This document shows, piece after piece, positions 27,535-64,000 of a DNA stretch of 64,000 nt. Position numbers and translations under genes: made by a program. The notes under the pieces were generated by a model, which worked only from the letters and a program-made list of their open reading frames with translations, was not told the DNA's origin and did no database searches. Each line of letters starts with the position of its first letter. Within the stretch, counting starts at the first letter, position 1. Source of the stretch: the human T2T-CHM13v2.0 reference genome, Homo sapiens; NCBI RefSeq assembly GCF_009914755.1, contig NC_060943.1; one strand, 5' to 3'.

Positions 27535-28004
27535 TGACAGTGTGATGTCAGGTAAGTGAGCTCACTCCTCTGAACCTCAGTTTCCTCTTCTGTAATACAA
27601 AATGGGACCATGTGAAGTGGTGAGGAATCCATGCAATCATACACGGTTCACAGGAAGCCTCCAGTGAACTGGCTGTGGCTGTGATTATGAGGTGAAGTGT
27701 GGGGTGGGCTGTCCTGGGTCCGTCACAGGAAGCCTCCACATCTGAGAGGGTGAGTCACTCTTCCTTCCTGCTGTAATTTGAAGCAGGGTGGCATCTCTCG
27801 GGAGGTGAGCTGTGCCCTGGGCATGCTGCTCACCTCCGGTGGCTCACAGGTCCCCTGACATGTGACATCATATGCAGTCAGGATGAAATCATGGAGCTCA
27901 AAGTTTGGGATGAAAGGAAATGGTTCTGCTGGGAGGCGGAGATTGCAGTGAGCCAAGATTGCACCATTGCACTCCAGCCTGGGCGACAGAGTAAGACTCG
28001 GAAA

Positions 28005-28185
28005 AATAGAAAAGAAAAAGGAAAGAAAAAAAGAAGGAAAGAAGGAGGGAAGGAAGGAAGGAGAGAGAGAGAGAAACGAAAGAAGGAAGGAAGGAGAGAG
28101 AGAGGAAGGAAGGAAGGAGAAAGAAAGAAAGAGAAAGAAAGAAAGAAAAGAGAGAGAGAGAAAGAAAGAGAGAGAGAGAAAGAAA
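28005..28185. repeat. Purine-rich (GAAA/GGAA/GA)n tract derived from an Alu tail
   Basis: Direct inspection. Confidence 0.95.
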
Positions 28186-28499
28186 ATGATTCTGTGCTCT
28201 CCTCCTCCTCTCAATCTCAAATTCTAGGGTCCAGCACTTAGCCGGGCAGCAAGAATGGGTTCATGATCCCAACAGTCATTAGGATTCATCCATGTATTTG
28301 ATCATTTAATAAATCCTTACTGCACACCTGCTATGTGCCAGACAGCCAACATCCCTGCCTTCCTGGAGCTGTTAGGAAGCTGGGGCTGATAGCTCCAGGG
28401 GAGATGCTAGAAAATAAACATAATAAACAAGTAAATATTACAGTCTGTTAGAAGGTGATGAATGCTATGAAACAAATATTAGCCAGGGTAAGCTTAGGG

Positions 28500-29918
<1,419 letters not shown>

Positions 29919-29929
29919 GCTTGTGGGGT

Positions 29930-30830
<901 letters not shown>

Positions 30831-30957
30831 AGAGTCACTCCTAAACGTATTCACACACCTGTAATCCCAGCAGTTTGGGAGGCCAAGGCGGGTGGATCAC
30901 CTGAGATCAGGAGTTCGAGACCAGCCTGGCCAACATGCCGAAACCCCATCTGTACTA

Positions 30958-31179
<222 letters not shown>

Positions 31180-33142
31180 CTAGTCCTGGCTTCTCTGCCA
31201 CACACCAGTTGTGTGATTTTAGGTAAACTGCTCAATGTCTCTAGCCTCAGTTTCTCCATCTATAAAATGGGCTTAATAAGCAGCATGCAGTATCAATGGG
31301 ATTACTCATGCAGAGCATTCGGCACACAGCCAAGCACTCCATACAGGGAAGCTGCGATAACGGGGATCATTCCCGGGGGGACCCCAAGACCTGTTAGCCC
31401 TGGTCCCTGTCCCCAGGTGCATGCTACCGTTCTTTCTGGAAGGGAGCTGTCCCTCTACCATTCACCTTGTCTGCCCCCCACCCAGTCGGTGACCTGTAGG
31501 TCACACGACAAGGTGCTTAGCCTTGCTGAGCCTCAGTTTCCTCGTCTGTAAAATGGGTCCATCTGTAAAATTTCTAAAGTCTGCATTAAAGATTGTCAGG
31601 GTCATTAAATGAACACACAGCGTGTCAATCACTCGGGAATCAGTTGCTGCTGTGGCTTCACCATAAAGGTCGACAACAGCAACTACGTGGATGTCCCCAA
31701 GCATTTTCCCCAACATCTTATTATGAACATTTTCAAATGCACAGGAAAACTGAAAGACCTTTACAAGGAACACACATATATCCGCCATATATCCAACTGG
31801 ATTCTATCATTAACATCTTACTATTCTTGGCCAGGCACAGTGGGTCACGCCTGTAATTTCAGCACTCTGGGAGGCCAAGGTGGAAGGATCCCTTGAGCCT
31901 AGGAGTTTGAGACCAGCCTGGGCAACATCGCAAGTCTTCGTCTCTACAAAAAATACAAAAATTAGCCGGGCGTAGCAGTGTGAGCCTGTAGTCCTAGCTA
32001 CTCAGGAGGCTGAGGTGGGAGGATTGCTTGAGCCCGAGAAGTTGAGGATGTAGTGAGCTGAGATCGCACCGCTGTACTCCAGCCTGGGGAACAGAGCAAG
32101 ATCCTGACTTTAAAAAAAAAAAAAGAAAAAGAAAAAACCAAACCCAAAAAGCCTACATCTTACTATTCTTTATATATGTACATATATAACTATACATATA
32201 TAAATTAGAGATGGGGGTCTCACTATGTTGCCCAGGCTGGTCTTGAACCCCTAGGCTCACATAACCCTCCTGCCTCAGCCTCCCAAGTAGCTAAGACTGC
32301 AGGTATGTACCACCGCACCCAGCTAAAACCTTGAAATATTTCTATTAAGATTTTTAAGGACTCGGTTTATAACAAGTGCTGTTTTTACCACAGGTCTTAG
32401 TTCATTACATCCATTCATTCACTCATCTAATTCTCACAACTCTCTAAAATACGTCAAATATACAGCATGGTTTATTATCCCCATTTTGCAGATGTGGAAA
32501 TTGAGGCACAGAGAGGCAAATGGCTCACAGCTACTCAATGCTGGAGCTGGGTTTAAACGCAAGCTGTCTGTCTCCAAAGCCCTGGCTTTTTTCCATGGAT
32601 GGCATCTCTCAGATTGGGTAAAGTAAACCACACAATGGAATATTATGAGCCAGTATCAAAGAATGCTTAGAAGAGTCCAGTAAAAATAACGTCAGACTGT
32701 GGTATGACCGTGATTCAGCCCAATTCCTGTGTACAAGAAAAAATGCTCCAAGCATTCTCAATGGCCACTGAGTGATTGAATGAAATCTTTTGTAAATAAT
32801 TGTGGCTATTATCTATGGAGCTCTTTCTTGATCAGCCCCACCCCGTGTTACACGTTTTACTTGCTGTATCTTTCCAAGCATTTGCAAAGTAGGCACTGTT
32901 GTATCAGTTTTAGATATTAGGTCACTGAGGCTAACACAAGAGCAGACACTCACCCAAGGTTACCCAGTCACAAAGTGGCAGAACCAGAATTCAAACCCAG
33001 GTTTGTGGCTATGCACAGTGACTCACGCCTATAATCCCAGCATTTTGGGAGGCTGAGGTGGGAGGATTGCTTGAGGACAGGAGTTTGAGGTCACAGTGAG
33101 CTATGATTGCATGATTACACCAATGCACTCCAGCCTGGGTGA

Positions 33143-33382
<240 letters not shown>

Positions 33383-33959
33383 TGAGTAGCTAGGATTACA
33401 GGCGCTCACTACCATGCCTGGCAAATTTTTGTATTTTTGGTAGAGATGGGGTTTCACCACGTTGGCCAGGCTGGTCTCGAACTCCTGCCCCCGTGATCTG
33501 CCCACCTTGGCCTCCCAAAGTGCTGGGATTACAGGCTGGCCAATGATGCTACTATTTTCATAATGGAGAAATAGTTTTTAAAGAAGTCTCCTTAAGAAAG
33601 TAGACTCATTTATTTTTATTTTATTAGCTATGTGCATTACTTTGATAAAATTTAAAACCCTAACTTACACCGTACACAAAAATCAGTTCCAGATAGATTG
33701 CCAACCTAAGGGTAACTCACATGAGAAAGCTATTGGAAAATAACAGAAGAGGCCAGATGCGGTGGCTCACTCCTGTAATGCCAACAGTTTGGGAGGTCAA
33801 AGCAGGAGGATCACTTGAGTCCAGGAGTTCAAGACCAGCCTGGGGAATATGGCAAGACCTTGTCCCTACAAAAAAATTAACAAAATTAGCTGGGCGTGGT
33901 GCACGCACCTGTAATCCCAGCACTTTGGGAGGTCGAGGCGGGTGGATCACCTGAGGTCA

Positions 33960-34300
<341 letters not shown>

Positions 34301-34394
34301 CTATGATGCCACTGCACTACAGCCTAGGTGACAGAGCAAGACCCTTTATCTAAAAAATAAAATAAAATAAAAATAAATAAACCAATAAAAATGG

Positions 34395-35660
<1,266 letters not shown>

Positions 35661-35895
35661 AGGTTTAAATTGACTGGGCACAGCAGCTCACACCTGTAAT
35701 CCCGGCACTTTGGGAGGCCGAGGTGGGCAGATCACTTGAGTCTAGGAGTTCGAGACCAGCCTGGCCAACACAGTGAAACCCCGTCTCTACTAAAAATACA
35801 AGGCCGGGCGCGGTGGCTCACGCCTGCAGTCCCAGCACTTTGGGAGGCCGAGGCGGGCGGATCACGCCGTCAGAAGATCAAGACCATCCTGGCTA

Positions 35896-36123
<228 letters not shown>

Positions 36124-36136
36124 CTAGATGTCTTGG

Positions 36137-36198
36137 TAATAATTAGAAGATTATTATCAATAATCTTCTAATTATTATAATGATAATTAGAAGATTAT
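36137..36198. repeat. Triple inverted repeat (A-A'-A)
   Basis: TAATAATTAGAAGATTATT-atc-AATAATCTTCTAATTATTA, then ATAATTAGAAGATTAT. Confidence 0.95.
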
Positions 36199-37849
36199 AC
36201 GGGGGCACTTGCTCTGTGCTAGGCACTGTTCTAAGGGGTTTATTATTTAATCCTTGCAACAACCCTATAAGGTGCTACTATTGTTCCCATTTCACAGATG
36301 GGGAAACCGAGGCACCGTGCGGTTAAATCACTTGTCTAAGTTAGTCAGTGCTGAAGATAGATTTATAACCAGGCCATCTAGCCCCAGAGTCGATGCTCCA
36401 TTCCCCACCGCAAGCTTATACCTGAGCTATAAGCCCTCATCCGCCAGTCAGGGTCCAACCAGAGGCAACTCCAGTGGGCTCTTTTCACCTGGGCTGGTGG
36501 TTGGGAATTCAGGAGCTACGTGAACTTGGATAGGGGAAACTTTTTTTACCTCTCCTTTTACTACACTTTAATCTAGCAGTTCTCAAAATGTGGTCTGGGG
36601 GCACCTGTGGGTCCGCAAGACCTTTCTCAGGGGCTAGTGAGGTCAAAAGTATTTTCATAATGATATTAAGACGTTTGTCCTTTTCATTCTCCAGAGACTA
36701 CCTGACCTGTGATAATGTCATCACTCTGATGGCTAATAGAAATATATGCATGTATATTCGTGTGTTTTTAAAACTTCTCGTTTTCAGCCAGGTTCATGCC
36801 TGTAGTCCCAGCTACTCGGGAGGCTGAGGCTCGAAAATCGCATGAACCCAGGAGGCAGAGGTTGTAATGAGCCAAGATCGTGTTACTGTGCTCCAGCCTG
36901 GGCAACAGAGTGAAACTCTGTCTCAAAACAAAAACAAAACACACACACACACAAAACCAAAAAACAAACACAAAAACAAAACAACAACAACAAAAAAACC
37001 CCCCAACACCTTGTATCACAATAGCACTGGTTTCCTTTGTATTTCTGTGTATTTATATTATGCATGTAACGACATGATCCTGAGAAGGGCTTGACCAGCT
37101 TGCCATAGGCATCTTTAGCACAAAAAAGCTTAGGAACCTCCCATTCTGGACGAACTAAGAATACGGGGAGGTTATAATTGGGGGCCACAGGAGTGGCAGG
37201 TACTCAAGTTTGGTTATGAGAGCTACTTTCATTATATTTTAGGCTGTAATGGAGACTCTGGAAGTGGGAAGAAAAAAAAAAAAACTCAAACAGTGCAAAG
37301 GGCTCGTTTTGATTTTCCCACACTCCTAGTGCCAATTTCTGAAATTGGTGTCCACAATCAGTAGAAGCCTATGTGCTCTGAATTTACAAAGCCAAGTGGT
37401 GGCGGGTCATTGTATCTGCAGTCAGGAAGGGGAAACGACTGGAAATCCGGGCCCCCCCAGTTCTTCCCTGCTTCTCTTTTTGTGGCAGCCGCTCCTCACG
37501 TTCAAACAGATTGCAAAGGTTTACAGGGGAGAACCCTAACTTGTTCCCTAGACGTCAGTTTCTGGAGTTCCTGCATTAATACGATTAAAAAGAACAGCTG
37601 ATTCTTATCCAGCCCTTACTCTGGGCCGGGCCCTGTTATCGGCATGAAATTTCATGCAGCAACTCGTTTACTCCTCACAACAGCCCACGGGGTATATACG
37701 AGCATCACCTCCTTTTTACAGGTGAAAAAACCCAAGGTCCAGCGAGGTTGAATAACTCACCTAGGTCGCACAGCTCAGAAAGCCCACTGCAATTCCGGGA
37801 TTCTGGTTTTGTTTTGAGGTTGCCCCGGGCTTCTGAGGAGGGGTCAGTG

Positions 37850-38560
37850 GGCTCAGCATGGAAAGGAAGGAAGCCGGAAGGCTGGAGGAAGATGCAGCGA
37901 GGCTGGAAAGGTTGGGGATCCCCCGGTCCTGCACACCTGGGTACCTGGGGATCGGGCAGGGCCAGGATAGGGGCCGGTGTCCGTGCCCTGGGGCTCCCCA
38001 GCTGATGAGTGGGCGCCTGAGGGACGAGCGCAGGGTTACCTGCCTGGGCTCTCACCTGGTGGCCGGCTCAGAGGTGGCGCGCCGGAGACGTATCATAACC
38101 TTCCTGGGTCCCCCTTCCCGCGCCACGCCCTGGTGGGGTGGGCGGGTGGGTGTGGGGCGCCCAGGCAGGACCGGCCGGACCTGTGGGACCCGGGGCCCTG
38201 GCTGTCTAGGGAGGCTGTCACCCCGAGGCGACCGGCTCTTCCGGGGCTGGGACGGCTGTAGGCGGCAAGAGGCCTCGGCACCCGCGAACTCATAAATACC
38301 GGGGCGGCGCTGGTGGCGGGAGAGGCGCGTGCGGGCAGCCGGCGCCCCCGAGGGTGAGCCGGGGTCCGGGAGGGCGTCCCCTTTCCCGGATGGTCCCGAC
38401 CCGGCTCCATCCTGGCAGCTGGAGACGGAGCTGGAGCAGGCGGGAAAGCGCTGGAGAGAAGGGGGGTGGGTACAGATGGGGGAAGGGCAGGGACGCTGGG
38501 GATGGGGAGAGAGGATGCGGCCGCTCTGGCCATGATGGGCTCTAAAGGATCTGGGGGTGG
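37850..38560 (+). promoter_or_regulatory. ACP7 CpG-island promoter with TATA-like box (38291-38298) and GC boxes
   Basis: High GC and CpG density, CATAAATA followed by GGGGCGG, GGGTGGGCGGG SP/KLF-type boxes, directly upstream of the first donor. Confidence 0.85.
38320..38353 (+). other. ACP7: ACP7 exon 1 (non-coding; 5' end approximate)
   Basis: Lies about 25-30 nt downstream of TATA-like CATAAATA (38291-38298) in a CpG island and ends at donor AGG|GTGAGC (38353/38354). The TSS is inferred, not observed. Confidence 0.7.
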
Positions 38561-38764
38561 TGTGGGAGGATTGGGGTCACTAGGAGCAAAATAGAAGGCT
38601 AAGGATGGAGTAGGGAGGCGAGGTCCCGGGGGCAGGCGGGAATGCTTGGAATCTCGGGAGTAGGTAGGAGAACTGGGGTTTCTAACAGCAGGATGGAAAG
38701 CTGGGGATGGGGCTGCGGAATGCAACCTCCTACACAGCCTCCACCCCGCTCCCAGACCCCCAGC

Positions 38765-39000
38765 ACTGAGAGTGAGCTCTGGTTAGGAGCAAGGCTCTGG
38801 AATCAGGCCCTCCTGGGTTCAAATCCTGGCTCCATCCCATCCTAGCTGTGCAGCTGAATCACTCAGCTGCTCGGTTTCCTCATCTGTGATATGGGGATGA
38901 CAATGCTCACAGCCACCACTTCATAGCAATGTCGTGAGGCTTCCGTGAATTAATCTATGTCAAGCGGTTGGCACACTGTGAGTGAGGCTCAGAGAGCTCT
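38765..39000 (+). mobile_element. MIR in ACP7 intron 1
   Basis: ggctctggaatcagg..ctgggttcaaatcctggctcc..gtttcctcatctgt core. Confidence 0.8.
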
Positions 39001-39044
39001 GCTGCTGTTCCTTAGCGATTCTTATTTTTGGTTTCTCTCTCCAG

Positions 39045-39222
39045 CACCTGGATAACCACCCATCTTGAAGGAGACCTCCCTGCCCTGCCTCTGTTGTCCC
39101 CCAGAGCACTGCCTGATCATCCTCTGTTCCCCATCCTCCCAGCCCTTCCTGCTGTACCTGTGGGGAGCTGATCTCCTCAGTCCCCCTGCTTTTCCCCGGT
39201 CTGCCATCACCACCCCACCACC
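39045..39222 (+). other. ACP7: ACP7 exon 2, 5' UTR portion
   Basis: Strong acceptor tttttggtttctctctccag|C at 39044/39045, no upstream ATG, Kozak ccaccaccATGc. Alternative AG acceptors at 39104, 39142 and 39180 make the exact start uncertain. Confidence 0.7.
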
Positions 39223-61063
<21,841 letters not shown>

Positions 61064-61142
61064 GTCAGTGAGGGGCAGGCCGAAGTCACCTGACTGTACA
61101 GCCAGGCCCCTCCAAGCAAATGAGCTGTTAAAAACGTGGGCT

Positions 61143-62045
<903 letters not shown>

Positions 62046-62094
62046 AAATGTGGACTGTAGAACTAGAAACCTGCTCCTGCTGCTTACCAGCTGA

Positions 62095-62356
<262 letters not shown>

Positions 62357-62793
62357 TGATCTGCCTGCCTCAACCTCCCAAAGTGCTGGGATTACAGGTG
62401 TGAGCCACTGTGCTGGGCCCACTTATCTAACTTCTTTGCCTCAGTTTTCCCATCTGTGAGAGGGGATAATCATAGTTTCCACCTCACAGGACTACATGGG
62501 GGTTGAAGGACTTATTATATATAAAATGCTTAGAAGAGTGCGGAACTTGGTAAATTCTGTAGGTATTTACCATTGTGAGGCAGGGGAAGATAAAGATGGG
62601 GGGTGGGACACAGGTAGGGGAAAACAATAAGATGAGTATGTGGTACAGGTGGCTTAAGGTTAGGTGGATCCAAATAATAATGGCTCACCTTTCTTTATTT
62701 TTGCCATTGTAGTTTTAAAATAATGACAATATTTATGATTTATTGAGCACCTACTGCATACCAGGCACTGCCTAGATGCTCTGCATTTAGTAG

Positions 62794-63104
<311 letters not shown>

Positions 63105-64000
63105 TAGCACTTTATACACCAAAACAATCCCACAGGAGTGGATTTCCTCTCCATTTTATAGGTGAGGGAACTGAGGCTCAGAGAGGGGAAGTAATTTTCC
63201 CAGGGTCACACAGTTGGAGGACGGCCAAGCTGGGATCTGATAGCTACCATTTATCGAGTGGCACATGCACCGGGCGCAGACTTTTGTGTGCATGATCTCA
63301 CTCTGTTCTCGTGATGACTCTGGGCATCTATTACTTTGTGCATTGCATAGAACATGGAAGTTTTGCTCAGAGAGTCCAGCAACATGCTTAAGGCCACCTA
63401 GAGGGTGGATGCGCTGGCCAGGTGCAGCAGCTCATGCCTTTGGGAGGCTGAGGCAGGCGGATCACTTGAGGTCAGGAGTTCGAGACCAGCCTGGCCAACA
63501 TGGTGAAACCTTGTCTCTAGTAAAAATACAAAAATTAGCCAGGCATGGTGGTGCATGCCTGTAATCCCAGCTACTCGGGAGGCTGGGGCAGGAGAATGGC
63601 TTGAACCTGGGAAGCGGAGGTTGCCACTGCACTCCAGCCTGGGTGACAGAGCAAGACTCTGTCTAAAAAAAAAAAAAAAAAAAAAAAAAGGAGAGAGAGA
63701 GAAAGAGTGGATGTGCTGGAATATAAAGCAAGGTCTGTCTGACTCCAGAGTTTGTGCTCTAATAATAGCCTACACTTACATAGCCCTTTCCATATGCTGG
63801 GCTCTGTTTACAAATACTATCTCATTTAACTCCCACAACATCTATGATGTGGGTACTGTTACTCTTCCTATCACTTTTCAGATGAGGAAAACTGAGGCCC
63901 AGAGAGGCCTAGCCACTTGCTCAGGGTTGTACAGCCCATCAGAGGGCAGAGAGGGGACTGGAACCCAGGCCATGTGGCCCCAGAGTTCAGGCTTTCAGCT

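Noticed and set aside
37705-38725. ORFs of 116-210 aa over the promoter
   Set aside because: Expected stop-codon depletion in a CpG island; low-complexity products.

Overview
Primate (most likely human) genomic DNA, very rich in Alu elements. The only protein-coding gene I can support is ACP7 (PAPL, purple acid phosphatase long form) on the + strand. It has a CpG-island promoter at about 37.85-38.56 kb, a short non-coding exon 1, and 11 coding exons from ATG 39223 to 61063 (1251 nt, 417 codons). All coding-exon junctions are GT-AG and in phase, and all seven metal ligands are present. No stop codon is reached, so the last coding exon lies beyond the window. The first ~37 kb is intergenic and made mostly of nested transposable elements: many Alus, solo LTRs (MER66/MER41-like, THE1, LTR12, MLT1, MST), L1/L2/HAL1/MIR remnants, a 5'-truncated SVA inside an Alu, hAT remnants, and one near-consensus CTCF site. 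Intron 2 holds a full-length antisense THE1 provirus. Almost all ORFs in the supplied track are repeat-derived or low-complexity artefacts. I found no evidence for a new multi-gene system. The best leads are splicing features of ACP7 (an exon 2/3 junction that recreates a 5' splice site, a stop-free in-frame 93-nt intron, and an Alu fold-back near exon 5), young insertions, and several inverted-repeat structures. Repeat subfamily names come from remembered consensus sequences, not from a search, and repeat boundaries without TSDs are approximate.
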